Assembly: GCA_964291215.2 (NCBI GenBank)
Contig: OZ219791.1
Location: forward strand, 1,664,001 to 1,728,000
Length of the DNA: 64,000 nucleotides
Reading direction: 5' to 3'
Source: Alphaproteobacteria bacterium
GTDB taxonomy: Bacteria > Pseudomonadota > Alphaproteobacteria > MPNO01 > UBA830
Program-made: the position numbers and the translations under genes
Notes under the pieces: generated by a model
Databases searched by the model: none
Told to the model about the DNA's origin: nothing
Seen by the model: the letters and a program-made list of their open reading frames with translations, nothing else
Shown: piece after piece, positions 10,653 to 20,684 of the stretch
Layout of the letters: the number at the start of each line of letters is the position of its first letter
Position numbering within the stretch: the first letter of the stretch is position 1

Positions 10653-11278
10653 GGCCGACACAGAGCGGCAGGGGGCGTTGGTGGCGGACTTCGAGGCGAG
10701 GGTGACGTCGATGCTCAGTTTCAAGGCGCTGGCGGGCCCGATCGAAATCTGGTTCCAGGACGAAGCGCGCGTCGGCCAAAAAGGGATGACGACGCGCGTC
10801 TGGGCGCATGGGAGGCAACGTCCGCGCATCGTGCGCGACTATCACTATGGCTATCTGTTCGGCGCCACCTGTGCATAGCGCGGCGTCGCCCATGTGGCGA
10901 ACAGGGCGAACTCGGCGGCGATGAACGAGCATCTGGCGGCGGTCGGCGCGGCCGTGGCGCCGGGTGCGCACGACGTGATCATACTGGACGGGGCAGGCTG
11001 GCATCGCTCGGGCGACCTTCTCGTGCCCCCCAACCTGACGCTCCTACATCTGCCGCCATACAGTCTGGAACTCAGTCCCATGGAGCAGATCGTCCTGGTC
11101 CTGAAATCGAACCGCTTCGCCAACCGTGTGTTCAAGGATGTCGCCGCCCTGAGGGAAGCCTGCGGGACGGCATGGCAATGGCTCATCGAGCAACCCGACA
11201 TCATCACCAAAACAACCCGACGAAGCTGAGCCATCGCGCCACAGTGACGACCCTCACGACTCAATGCATAGGTCTATA
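10653..11278 (+). mobile_element. IS630-family relic of a different subgroup
   Basis: IWFQDEARVGQKG, ILDGAGWH, LPPYSLELSPMEQ; internal stop; TATA end near 11275. Confidence 0.82.
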
Positions 11279-11391
11279 TGACTTGCGGTTGGTATTATTA
11301 GCATGGGATGATCGTGGTTTGCGGCGGCTCGGCGGCGACAAGCGCTGCCGTTCACTGTATAGTGCGGGCGCAACCAGACGGTAAGTCCTTG

Positions 11392-14184
11392 ATGTCTCGG
11401 ATTTTCCAACCCCGCCGGATTATCGACCGGGCGGCCCTGTCGGCGAGGCTTGACCGGATGCTCGCCGACGGCACCGCGCCGCAGCAGATGCGTCAGGAGT
11501 TTTTTGACCTGCTGAAGGCGTCGGACGACGCCGGCAGGTTCGAGATACGACGCCGCTTGGAGGCCGGAGAGGCCGACGGCGAGCAGTCGGCCCGGGCGCT
11601 GGCGTTTCTTGCTGATCAGACCATCCGGTTGATTTACGACTTCGCCACCGGTCACGTCTATCCGGCCGCCAATCCCAGCGCCGGGGAACGGCTCTGCGTT
11701 GCCGCGGTCGGCGGCTACGGTCGCGCCGAACTTGCGCCCCATTCCGACATCGATCTCCTGTTTCTCCGGCCTTACAAGATCACGGCGCGCCAGGAACAGG
11801 TCATTGAATATGTGCTCTACATGTTATGGGACCTCAAGCACAAGGTCGGCCATGCCGTGCGCTCGATCGACGAATGCCTGCGCTTGTCCGAAACCGACCT
11901 GACGATCAGCACGGCGCTGCTCGAGGCGCGCTACCTGTGGGGAGACCGTCCGCTGTTCGATGCATTGCGGGAGCGTTTCCGGATCTCGGTCACGGAAAAG
12001 ACCGGGCCCGAGTTCGTCGAGGCCAAGCTGGCGGAGCGCGACGCCCGCCATCGCCGGACCGGAGATTCGCGTTACGTCCTCGAGCCCGACGTCAAGGAGG
12101 GAAAGGGCGGCCTGCGGGATCTCCAGACGCTGTACTGGATCAGCAAGTTCCTCTACCGGATCGACGATGTCGACAAGCTCATCGACCTCGGGGTTCTCAC
12201 CGAGGAGGAGGTGAGCCGCTTTTCCCGCGCCTGCGGGTTCATGTGGAATGTCCGGTGCCATCTCCACTATCTCGCGGGACGCGGCGAGAATCGCCTGATC
12301 TTCGACGCACAGCCCGAGATCGCGGCGCGGCTGGGCTATCGCGACCGTGTGGGCATGCGCGGCGTCGAGCGGTTCATGAAGCACTACTATCTGGTTGCCA
12401 AGGAGATCGGCGACCTCACACGGATTTTCTGTGCCGCGCTCGAGGCCGAGCACAAGCGCACCCCGCGGTTCCGTCTGCCGTCGCTTGGCCGGTCCCGCAA
12501 AGCCCCCGATGGCCTCGTGTTCGACGGCGACCGGCTGTCGTTTGCGCCCGGGCGGGAGCTTGCAGACGATCCCGTCAAGATCCTCGAACTGTTTCACTTT
12601 GCCCAGGCCAACGGGCGCGACATCCATCCCAACGCGCTCAGGTCAGTTACCCGGAATCTCGCGGCCGTCGACGCGATCCGCGACGACGAGACCGCCAACC
12701 GGCTGTTCGTCGAAATGCTGACGTCGCGGAACGATCCGGAAACGACGCTGCGACGCCTCAGCGAGGCCGGCGTTTTCGGCCGTTTCGTTCCCGATTTCGG
12801 GCGCGTCATCGCCCAGATGCAGCATGACATGTATCACGTCTACACAGTCGACGAGCACACCGTGTTCGCGATCGGAGTCCTGTCAGGGATCGAAGACGGC
12901 CGTTTCGTCGAGGAGATGCCGGTCATCTCGGAGGTCGTGCACAGGATCCATTCGCGCCGGGCACTCTATGTCGCGCTGTTGCTGCACGACATCGCGAAGG
13001 GCAGGGGCGGCGACCATTCGGAACTGGGCGCTGACGTCGCGCACGAACTGTGCCCGAGGTTCGGGCTCAGCGATGAGGAGACCGACACCGTCGCGTGGCT
13101 TGTGCGCTACCACCTGCTGATGAGCAACACCGCGTTCCGCCGCGAGATCAATGATCCCAAGACGGTCGCCGATTTCTGCTCGGTCGTGCAGTCTGTCGAA
13201 CGGTTGCGCCTGCTCCTCGTCCTGACGGTCGCCGACATCCGTGCAGTCGGTCCGAATGTCTGGAACGGGTGGAAGGCGGCGCTGCTGCGGGAACTCTACC
13301 AGGTTGCTGAAGAGCGCCTGACAGGCGTGCGTGAATCGGAGGCCGCGGAGGCGCGCGTCGTCCAGGCGCAGGCGGTGCTGAGGGAACGGGTTTCCGACCT
13401 GCCGGAGCCTGAGCTCGACGCCCATGTTGCGCGCTGCACGTCCTTCTACTGGCAGTCCTTCGACGCCGAAACCCATGCCCGCCATGCCCGCCTCGCCTGT
13501 GAGGCGGGTCTTCAGTCCGACGATCTGACGATCAGATCCCGCGTCGATCACGGGCGTTCGGCCACCGAGATCACCGTCTACGGGCCCGACCACCCCAGCC
13601 TGTTTACGCGGATTACCGGAGCGATGGCAGTGCGCGGCGCAAATATCGTGGATGCGAGGATCTTCACGACCAGCGACGGGATGGCGCTCGATACCTTCTG
13701 GATACAGGACGACGGCGGCCAGGCCTTCGACCAGCCGGACAGACTCGCGAGGCTGAGCGCCTCGATCGAACAGGCGCTTTCGGGCTTGCTGCGGCCGCGG
13801 GACGAACTTGGCCGTGCATCGCCGATGTTGAGCCGGACGAGCGTCTTCAAAGTCGCCCCCCGGGTGTCGATCGACAACGAGCTCAGCCGCACCCATACCG
13901 TTATCGAAATCGACGCTCGAGACCGGCCGGGGCTTCTCTACGACATTGCCCGTGCCATGACCTCGCTCAACCTCCGGCTGTCGTCGGCGCATGTCACGAC
14001 ATTCGGCGAGACGGCGGCCGATGTCTTCTATGTCAAGGATATCTTCGGACTGCAGATCACCCACGAAATCAAGCTTGAGCGGGTTCGCGAAACCCTGCTT
14101 GCGGCAATCACCGACGATGATCCCGCTTCCGGGACCGGTGAACGGCCGCCCGGCCGGGAAGTGGTGGCGAACGCGGCCGAATAG
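11392..14184 (+). CDS. glnD: [Protein-PII] uridylyltransferase/uridylyl-removing enzyme
   Basis: AVGGYGR..LAPHSDIDLL, KEGKGGLRDL, HVYTVDEH, LLHDIAKG, two ACT domains. Confidence 0.97.
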   Translation: MSRIFQPRRIIDRAALSARLDRMLADGTAPQQMRQEFFDLLKASDDAGRFEIRRRLEAGEADGEQSARALAFLADQTIRLIYDFATGHVYPAANPSAGERLCVAAVGGYGRAELAPHSDIDLLFLRPYKITARQEQVIEYVLYMLWDLKHKVGHAVRSIDECLRLSETDLTISTALLEARYLWGDRPLFDALRERFRISVTEKTGPEFVEAKLAERDARHRRTGDSRYVLEPDVKEGKGGLRDLQTLYWISKFLYRIDDVDKLIDLGVLTEEEVSRFSRACGFMWNVRCHLHYLAGRGENRLIFDAQPEIAARLGYRDRVGMRGVERFMKHYYLVAKEIGDLTRIFCAALEAEHKRTPRFRLPSLGRSRKAPDGLVFDGDRLSFAPGRELADDPVKILELFHFAQANGRDIHPNALRSVTRNLAAVDAIRDDETANRLFVEMLTSRNDPETTLRRLSEAGVFGRFVPDFGRVIAQMQHDMYHVYTVDEHTVFAIGVLSGIEDGRFVEEMPVISEVVHRIHSRRALYVALLLHDIAKGRGGDHSELGADVAHELCPRFGLSDEETDTVAWLVRYHLLMSNTAFRREINDPKTVADFCSVVQSVERLRLLLVLTVADIRAVGPNVWNGWKAALLRELYQVAEERLTGVRESEAAEARVVQAQAVLRERVSDLPEPELDAHVARCTSFYWQSFDAETHARHARLACEAGLQSDDLTIRSRVDHGRSATEITVYGPDHPSLFTRITGAMAVRGANIVDARIFTTSDGMALDTFWIQDDGGQAFDQPDRLARLSASIEQALSGLLRPRDELGRASPMLSRTSVFKVAPRVSIDNELSRTHTVIEIDARDRPGLLYDIARAMTSLNLRLSSAHVTTFGETAADVFYVKDIFGLQITHEIKLERVRETLLAAITDDDPASGTGERPPGREVVANAAE

Positions 14185-14266
14185 GTCCGGGCAACGCGCA
14201 ATGCCGCTCCTTCCGGCCCGCGAAGACCCGCCGCGCCGCGCCCCACCCGACATGCGCCTCCGCAGG

Positions 14267-15835
14267 ATGTCCCTGCTTCGCCCGATCTTCACTGTGAGCG
14301 GCTACACGATGATCAGCCGCGTGCTGGGGTTCGTGCGCGACATCCTGATTGCGGCCATCCTCGGAGCGGGCCCGGTCGCCGATGCCTTCTTCGTGGCCTT
14401 CAAGCTGCCGAATTTCTTTCGCAGGCTCTTTGCTGAGGGCGCGTTCAATGCCGCCTTCGTTCCGCTTTTCACGGGACACATGACAAGGGACGGGCGCGAG
14501 GCGGCATGCCGCTTTGCCGAAGAGGTGCTGGCGGTCTTCGTCGCGGCGCTACTTCTGCTGGTGACCGCGCTGCAGGTGACGGCGCCCTGGCTTATGCATG
14601 TCTTTGCCCCCGGTCTTGCCGCTGATCCCTACAGGTTCGAACTTGCCGTCGCGCTGGCGCAGATCACCTTTCCCTACCTGTTGCTCATTTCCGTGGTTTC
14701 GCAGCTCGGCGGCGTTCTCAACGCGCTCGACCGGTTCGCGGCGGCGGCGGCGGCGCCGATCATTCTCAATCTTTGCCTGATCGCCGCGATCCTCGTGCTG
14801 TCGCCGCTGGTGGAAACGCCGGGCCACGCGCTTGCCTGGGGGGTGGCAGCGGCAGGCGCGGCACAGATGGTGTGGCTGGTTGCCGCCTGCACCCGGGCAG
14901 GGCTAAATCTGCGGCTGGTGCGGCCGCGGCTAACACCCCGGGTCCGGCGTATGCTTGTGTTGTTCGTGCCCGGCGCGCTCGGCGCCGGCGTCGTGCAGCT
15001 GAATTTGCTGATCGACATCCTGATCGCGTCCTTCCTGCCGCGCGGGTCGCTGTCGTATCTCTACTATGCGGACCGTGTGAACCAGCTTCCCCTCGGTGTG
15101 GTCGGTGTTGCGGTCGGAACGGCGCTGCTCCCGCTCCTGTCGCGCCAGCTGCGCGACGGCAGCGAGACCGAGGCGGCGGCGATGATGAACCGGGCACTCG
15201 AGATCGCGCTCCTGTTGACGCTGCCGGCCGCGGCGGCGCTCCTCGTGATTTCGGAACCGGTGGTCGCCGTGCTGTTCGAGCGCGGCGTGTTCACAGCCGC
15301 AGAGACTGCCGCCACCGCAGCGGCGCTTGTCGCCTATGCCACCGGCCTGCCGGCCTATGTGCTGATCAAGGTGGCAGCGCCCGGCTTCTTTGCCCGCGAA
15401 GACACGGTCACCCCGGTCAAGCTTGCCGGGCTGTGCGTCGCCGTCAATCTGGCTCTGAACCTTGTCCTCATGGGACCGTTGCAGCATGTCGGAATCGCAC
15501 TTGCGACATCGGTATCGGCGTGGATCAATGCCGGGCTGCTGCTGTTCGTCCTCATGCGCCGCGGGCATTTCGTTTTCGATGCGCGCCTGCTGCGATCGCT
15601 GCCGAGGATCCTGATCGCCTGTGCAGCGATGGCGGTGGCGTTGTGGACGGCGGAGCTTGCCCTGTCCGCCTTCGCTGCAGCCGATGTCTGGCAGCGTGCG
15701 CTTGCGCTGGCCGTTCTGATCGCTCTCGGACTTGCCTCCTTTGCCGGCGGATGCGTCCTGTTCGGCGCGGTGCCGATTGCCGAGCTTCGGGCATACGGAG
15801 CCCGTATCCGATTGCTGACGCGGATGCGGATCTGA
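14267..15835 (+). CDS. murJ: Lipid II flippase MurJ
   Basis: SRVLGFVRD, AFKLPNFFRRLFAEGAF, YYADRVNQLPLG; glnD-murJ synteny. Confidence 0.96.
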   Translation: MSLLRPIFTVSGYTMISRVLGFVRDILIAAILGAGPVADAFFVAFKLPNFFRRLFAEGAFNAAFVPLFTGHMTRDGREAACRFAEEVLAVFVAALLLLVTALQVTAPWLMHVFAPGLAADPYRFELAVALAQITFPYLLLISVVSQLGGVLNALDRFAAAAAAPIILNLCLIAAILVLSPLVETPGHALAWGVAAAGAAQMVWLVAACTRAGLNLRLVRPRLTPRVRRMLVLFVPGALGAGVVQLNLLIDILIASFLPRGSLSYLYYADRVNQLPLGVVGVAVGTALLPLLSRQLRDGSETEAAAMMNRALEIALLLTLPAAAALLVISEPVVAVLFERGVFTAAETAATAAALVAYATGLPAYVLIKVAAPGFFAREDTVTPVKLAGLCVAVNLALNLVLMGPLQHVGIALATSVSAWINAGLLLFVLMRRGHFVFDARLLRSLPRILIACAAMAVALWTAELALSAFAAADVWQRALALAVLIALGLASFAGGCVLFGAVPIAELRAYGARIRLLTRMRI

Positions 15836-15907
15836 AGCGGCAGACCTGGGCGGCCGTCGGATACGAGCTGTGTTGCAGAGGGTCCGGCTTTGGGGTCTGA
15901 TGGGTCT

Positions 15908-16972
15908 ATGGAATTCGGCATAAACATCGCGCCTGCGGCGGATTCTTGGAAGATCGTGCAACGCGCCGAGGAACTCGGCTTCGATCATGCGTGGTTCATC
16001 GATTCTCCGCTGATAAACGCGGATCTGTTCGTCTCCATGGCGGCAGCGGCGATGAGGACCGAGCGCATCCGCCTCGGCACGGGGGTGTTGATTCCGTCCA
16101 ACCGGCTGGCGCCGGTGGCCGCGAGTGCGCTCGCAAGCCTCAACGCCCTGGCGCCCGGTCGCGTGGATTTCGGGGTCGGAACCGGCTTTACCGGCCGGCG
16201 CACGCTGGGCGTGGGGCCGATGAAGCTGCAGGCGGTGTTCGACTACATCGAACAGGTATGCACGCTGCTTTCGGGTGGGATCGCCGATGTCGAGGTCGAG
16301 GGTGCGCTCCGTCCGACGGGGTTCACCAATCCCGAACTTGGCCTCATCAATCTTGAGGATCCGATACCCGTGCACGTCTCGGCCTTCGGCCCGAGAGGCC
16401 GCCGCATGATCGCCGCGCACGGCTACGGCTGGACCAACTCGGTGGCGTCGCTGGCAGGCGCCGAAGCCGCGATGGCCGACATGAAGCGGGCGTGGGGCGA
16501 GGCCGGACGCGAACCTGCCGATCTCCACGCCAATGCGAGCAGCGGCGGCGCCGTGCTGGAGACGGCGGGAGACTGGGACACGGAGTATATGAAGGCGCAG
16601 GCCGGGCCGTCGGCGGCGATCCTTCTTCACAACCTCGCCGAGGAACGGGAATTTGGCTCCATCTCGGCCTCGCCGCCGCCCGAACTGGCCGAGCGGCTCG
16701 CCTCGTACATGGATGTCTACCGGCGCTACGAGCCGGCCCGTACAAGATATCTCGCGAACCATCGGCACCATCTCATGGCGGTGCGGCCCGAGGAAGCGCA
16801 TCTGATCACCGGCGATTTCATCCGTGCCGCGACGCTCTCGGGGACGAGGGAGGAGTTGCGCGACAGCATCCGGGCGCTCGCCGCCATGGGGTATCGGCGC
16901 TTCAGCGTCCACATTCGCGCCGTGCTGCCGGAGATGGTGGAGAGCTGGGCGGAGGTGATCGCGGCCGTGTGA
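15908..16972 (+). CDS. LLM-class (luciferase-like) flavin/F420-dependent oxidoreductase
   Basis: AEELGFDHAWFIDS, TERIRLGTGV, APGRVDFGVGTG. Confidence 0.88.
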   Translation: MEFGINIAPAADSWKIVQRAEELGFDHAWFIDSPLINADLFVSMAAAAMRTERIRLGTGVLIPSNRLAPVAASALASLNALAPGRVDFGVGTGFTGRRTLGVGPMKLQAVFDYIEQVCTLLSGGIADVEVEGALRPTGFTNPELGLINLEDPIPVHVSAFGPRGRRMIAAHGYGWTNSVASLAGAEAAMADMKRAWGEAGREPADLHANASSGGAVLETAGDWDTEYMKAQAGPSAAILLHNLAEEREFGSISASPPPELAERLASYMDVYRRYEPARTRYLANHRHHLMAVRPEEAHLITGDFIRAATLSGTREELRDSIRALAAMGYRRFSVHIRAVLPEMVESWAEVIAAV

Positions 16973-17089
16973 CGGGAGGGGCCTGGCCGCCACGCTGCCG
17001 TTTTTGCAATTCGGGCGCCGCCGTGATTGGTTCACGTGCCGTGCGCGGCGCGGGACAGCCGCCGCGCAGATTGCTACCTGGAGACGGTC

Positions 17090-17887
17090 ATGCTTGAACT
17101 CTACCACAACGGGATGTCGTCTTGCGCCCAGAAGGTGCGGTTGGCGCTTGCCGAGAAAGGCCTCGACTGGGAGGGACATCATCTTGACCTCCGGGCCGGC
17201 GAGACCCGCACGCCGCAATATCTTCGGCTCAATCCGCGGGGCGTCGTGCCCACGCTCGTGCATGACAGGCGGGTGGTTCGCGAATCCAACGTCATTCTCG
17301 AATATCTCGACGACATCTTTCCGGATCCGCCGCTGCGTCCCGGAGATGCCTGGACGAGGGCGCAGGTCCGGTTGTGGAACAAGCGCCTTGACGAAGGGCA
17401 TCATGACATCGCCACGGCCACGGTCAGTTCCGCGATCGCGTTTCGCCATCAGTTTCTGGCGCTCGGCGAGGCAGCGTGCGAGGCGGCGCTCGCGAGCGTC
17501 TCCGATCCCGAGAAGCGCGAGCAGCGCCGCGACCTGATCCGGAACGGAACGGCTTCGCCCCGGTTTCGGACAGCGGTTCGGATGTGGGTCTTGCTGCTCC
17601 GGGACATGGAGGCGGCGCTCGGCGAGACCACATGGCTCGCCGGTGACAGATATTCGATTGCGGATGCAGCCTATACACCTTACCTCACGCGGCTCGACCA
17701 CCTCCGAATGTTGGGGCTGATCGACGGCAAGCCGAGGCTTGCGGACTGGTACGAGCGGATTCGCGCCCGTCCGAGCTACGAGATGGCGATGATGCGCTGG
17801 TTCGATCCCAAATATCTCGTGCTCATGGCGGAGAAGGGCGACGAGGAGTGGCCACTCGTTGCGGAAATCGCCGCCGAGGCAGTATGA
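17090..17887 (+). CDS. Glutathione S-transferase family protein
   Basis: SSCAQKVR, LNPRGVVPTL, ESNVILEYLDD, WLAGDRYSIAD. Confidence 0.92.
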   Translation: MLELYHNGMSSCAQKVRLALAEKGLDWEGHHLDLRAGETRTPQYLRLNPRGVVPTLVHDRRVVRESNVILEYLDDIFPDPPLRPGDAWTRAQVRLWNKRLDEGHHDIATATVSSAIAFRHQFLALGEAACEAALASVSDPEKREQRRDLIRNGTASPRFRTAVRMWVLLLRDMEAALGETTWLAGDRYSIADAAYTPYLTRLDHLRMLGLIDGKPRLADWYERIRARPSYEMAMMRWFDPKYLVLMAEKGDEEWPLVAEIAAEAV

Positions 17888-17942
17888 GCGCGCTTGGCGC
17901 GATTTTGCGCCCGGCGGCCGCTGGCGCTATACAGACTGCCAT

Positions 17943-18259
17943 GCGGGCGTGGCGAAATCGGTAGACGCAACGGACTTGGGGCCTGCTTGAGTGCGCGCGC
18001 GGAAACGCGCGACGTAGAACTGCTCAAATTCGGGGAAACCTGTCAGATGGCAATCCCGAGCCAAGCCCGGGCGGCGACTGATCGGCCGGGAAGGTGTAGA
18101 GACTAGACGGGCAGCGCCTAAGGCATGCGCTAGGGCGAAGGGATAGTCCAGACCACAAACCTGTCCCTCAAGATCGGGGCGGGGCGGCGAAAGCCGTAGA
18201 TGGTATGAAAATCCGTTGGGCGTATGCCCGTGGGGGTTCGAGTCCCCCCGCCCGCACCA
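17943..18259 (+). tRNA. tRNA-Leu(UAA) split by a group I intron; exons 17943-17977 and 18208-18259
   Basis: Acceptor stem GCGGGCG/CGCCCGC, discriminator A plus CCA, D-loop with GG, anticodon stem ACGGA/TCCGT, spliced loop CTT|AAAA, long variable arm GGGCGTATGCCC, T-arm GGGGG-TTCGAGT-CCCCC. Confidence 0.93.
17978..18207 (+). ncRNA. Group I self-splicing intron (IC3-like, 230 nt, no ORF)
   Basis: P TCAAATTCGGGGAA, Q AATCCCGAGCCAAGC, R GTAGAGACTAGACGG, S GAAGGGATAGTCCA; P7 GACTA/TAGTC; IGS GAGT pairs with exon ACTT giving a U.G at the splice site; GAAA tetraloops; terminal G at 18207. Confidence 0.92.
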
Positions 18260-18397
18260 GCGCCTTCGTGGTTCGTGCTGGACGCTTTCGGGGCGGCGTT
18301 TCCGTCGTCCTCCGGTTCCGTTTCCAAACGCCTCCGCGGTGCCGGGCGTGGTTCCGGCCGACACATGCGGCGGATCAGGGCAGCAAGAGGATTGAAG

Positions 18398-19885
18398 ATG
18401 AGCAGTGACTGGGACGTGATCGTGGTAGGCGGCGGCAACGCCGCATTCTGCGCCGCTCTGGCGGCGCGCGAGCAAGGGGCTTCGGTCGTCATGCTTGAGG
18501 CTGCGCCTGAGGACGAGGCGGGCGGCAACAGCCGCTTTACCGCCGGCGCCATGCGCGTTGCCTATGGCGGGGTCGAGGACATCCTGAAGCTGGTTCCCGA
18601 TCTCTCCGAGACCGAGATCGAGACCACGGATTTCGGATCCTACACCAAGGATCAGTTCTTCGACGACATGGCGCGCGTGACGCAATACCGGTCCGATCCG
18701 GAACTCGTCGATCGGCTGGTGACCGGGAGCCTCGATACGCTGATCTGGATGCGCGAGAAGGGCGTCCGATTCGTTCCCATCTACGGGCGCCAGGCCTTCA
18801 AGATCGATGGCAAGTTCAAGTTCTGGGGCGGGCTCACGGTCGAGACCGTCGGCGGCGGCCCCGGCCTCATCGACATGTGGACCGGCATCGCGAAGCGCGA
18901 GGGGATAGAAGTCCTCTACGAGCACCGGGTGCTCGACCTCCTCCGAGATGACGACCGCGTCAGCGGCGTGAAGGCCCGCCATGACGGGGAGACCGTCGAA
19001 TTCTCGGCAGGGACAGTGGTGCTCGCCTGCGGCGGCTTCGAGGCCAACGCCGAGTGGCGTACCCGTTATCTGGGCCCCGGCTGGGATCTTGCCAAGGTGC
19101 GCGGGACCCGTTTCAACACCGGGGACGGAATCCGCATGGCGCTCGACATCGGGGCCAGCCCCTTCGGAAACTGGTCCGGCTGCCATGCCGTCGGCTGGGA
19201 AATGAATGCGCCGGAATTCGGCGACCTTGCGGTCGGCGACCAGTTCCAGAAACACTCCTACCCGTTCGCCATCATGGTCAACGCGACGGGTCGGCGTTTC
19301 GTCGACGAAGGCGCGGATTTCCGCAACTACACCTATGCCCGTTACGGCCGCGTGATCCTTGAACAGCCGGGGCAGTTCGCGTGGCAGATCTTTGACCAGA
19401 AGGTCAAGCACCTGCAGCGCGACGAATACAATATCCGCCAGATTACCAAGGTGACGGCCGATACGATCGAGGAGTTGGCGGACAAGCTCGACGGCGTAGA
19501 TTCGGGAGCATTTGTCGACGAGATCGCCCGTTACAACGCTGCGGTCCGCCAGGATGTTGAATTCAATCCCAACGTCAAGGACGGACGACGCACCGAGGGT
19601 CTCGCTGTAGACAAGAGCAACTGGGCCAATACCATCGACGAGCCGCCCTATGAGGGGTACGCCGTCACCTGCGGCGTGACCTTCACGTTCGGGGGGCTCC
19701 GCATCAACGAGGAAGGCGAAGTGCTCGATACCGATCACAAGCCGATTCGCGGCCTGTTCGCGGCCGGCGAACTCGTCGGCGGCCTCTTCTATTTCAACTA
19801 TCCGGGTGGGAGCGGGCTGACCTCGGGTTCCGTGTTCGGGCGTCTCGCTGGCGCCTCGGCCGCCCGCCGCGCCACTGACAACTGA
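18398..19885 (+). CDS. tcuA: FAD-dependent tricarballylate dehydrogenase TcuA-like protein
   Basis: GGGNAAFCAA, GGNSRFTAG, LACGGFEAN, GRRFVDEG, YPGGSGLTSGSVFG; substrate not verifiable and no tcuB nearby. Confidence 0.75.
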   Translation: MSSDWDVIVVGGGNAAFCAALAAREQGASVVMLEAAPEDEAGGNSRFTAGAMRVAYGGVEDILKLVPDLSETEIETTDFGSYTKDQFFDDMARVTQYRSDPELVDRLVTGSLDTLIWMREKGVRFVPIYGRQAFKIDGKFKFWGGLTVETVGGGPGLIDMWTGIAKREGIEVLYEHRVLDLLRDDDRVSGVKARHDGETVEFSAGTVVLACGGFEANAEWRTRYLGPGWDLAKVRGTRFNTGDGIRMALDIGASPFGNWSGCHAVGWEMNAPEFGDLAVGDQFQKHSYPFAIMVNATGRRFVDEGADFRNYTYARYGRVILEQPGQFAWQIFDQKVKHLQRDEYNIRQITKVTADTIEELADKLDGVDSGAFVDEIARYNAAVRQDVEFNPNVKDGRRTEGLAVDKSNWANTIDEPPYEGYAVTCGVTFTFGGLRINEEGEVLDTDHKPIRGLFAAGELVGGLFYFNYPGGSGLTSGSVFGRLAGASAARRATDN

Positions 19886-19915
19886 ACCACCGGCCTCCGG
19901 GCGGAGCCGGATGCC

Positions 19916-20446
19916 GTGAAAAGGCTCTATCTGCTTCGTCATGCGAAGTCGTCCTGGGGCGATCCTGGGCTTGACGATCACGAACGACCGCTGTCGCCGC
20001 GGGGTCATCGCGCAGCGCCGCTTGTCGGTGCCCACATGGCCCGGGAGGCCTACCACCCGGATCTGGCGCTGTGCTCGCCGGCGCACCGCGCGCATGCGAC
20101 CTGGTCGCATGTCCGCGACATCCTCGATTGCGAGATTGACGAGGAGATCCGCCGTGACGTCTATCTGGCATCCCTGTGCGAACTCTTCATCCTTGTTCGT
20201 TCCATCGAGGATCGCTACGCCAGCGCCATCGTCATAGGGCACAATCCGGGCATGGCCGAATTTGCCATTGAGTTGACGGGTGGCCTCTCTAGGGACGAGA
20301 AGATGGCCACCTTCGGAAAATATCCGACAGGGGCGCTGGCGGTATTCGACCTTGCCGCCGATGGCTGGCAGGAAACTGCGCCCGGTGGATGCCGCCTGGT
20401 CGAATTCGTCCGTCCGTCCGATCTCGAAACGATACCGGATCGGTAA
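19916..20446 (+). CDS. Histidine phosphatase family protein (SixA-like)
   Basis: LLRHAKSSW, DHERPL, GHNPG, YPTG. Confidence 0.9.
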   Translation: MKRLYLLRHAKSSWGDPGLDDHERPLSPRGHRAAPLVGAHMAREAYHPDLALCSPAHRAHATWSHVRDILDCEIDEEIRRDVYLASLCELFILVRSIEDRYASAIVIGHNPGMAEFAIELTGGLSRDEKMATFGKYPTGALAVFDLAADGWQETAPGGCRLVEFVRPSDLETIPDR

Positions 20447-20684
20447 TCATTGTCCGGCTGGCGGTGCGCGCCCAATGGTTCCGGATCGATCGATCCTGGC
20501 CCGTGTATTTCAGTAAGCCGTGGAAAGGCGCGTTTTCTGGCGGGCGGGAACCCGACCCAACAACTGTCGCTCCGGTACAACGGAAACCTTGTCGTACAGT
20601 TTCACACCCAGCTTGTTGGCGGCAGGCTGAAAAATTATCATCATCAGCGCCCGCCGCTGGCCTTTCGCCGTGCTGCCCAACGAG

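Noticed and set aside
11308-11391. Upstream extensions in the ORF track (glnD, also murJ, tcuA, M32 peptidase)
   Set aside because: No family similarity; downstream ATGs fit the homologous N-termini better
14930-17701. 923-aa minus-strand ORF
   Set aside because: Antisense shadow of murJ, the LLM gene and the GST gene in high-GC DNA; no motifs
20536-20562. att-site copy of the tRNA-Leu 3' end
   Set aside because: Weak, inverted similarity only; no integrase nearby
20630-20680. Hammerhead ribozyme (CTGATGA and GAAA on the minus strand)
   Set aside because: The required stems and cleavage triplet could not be built
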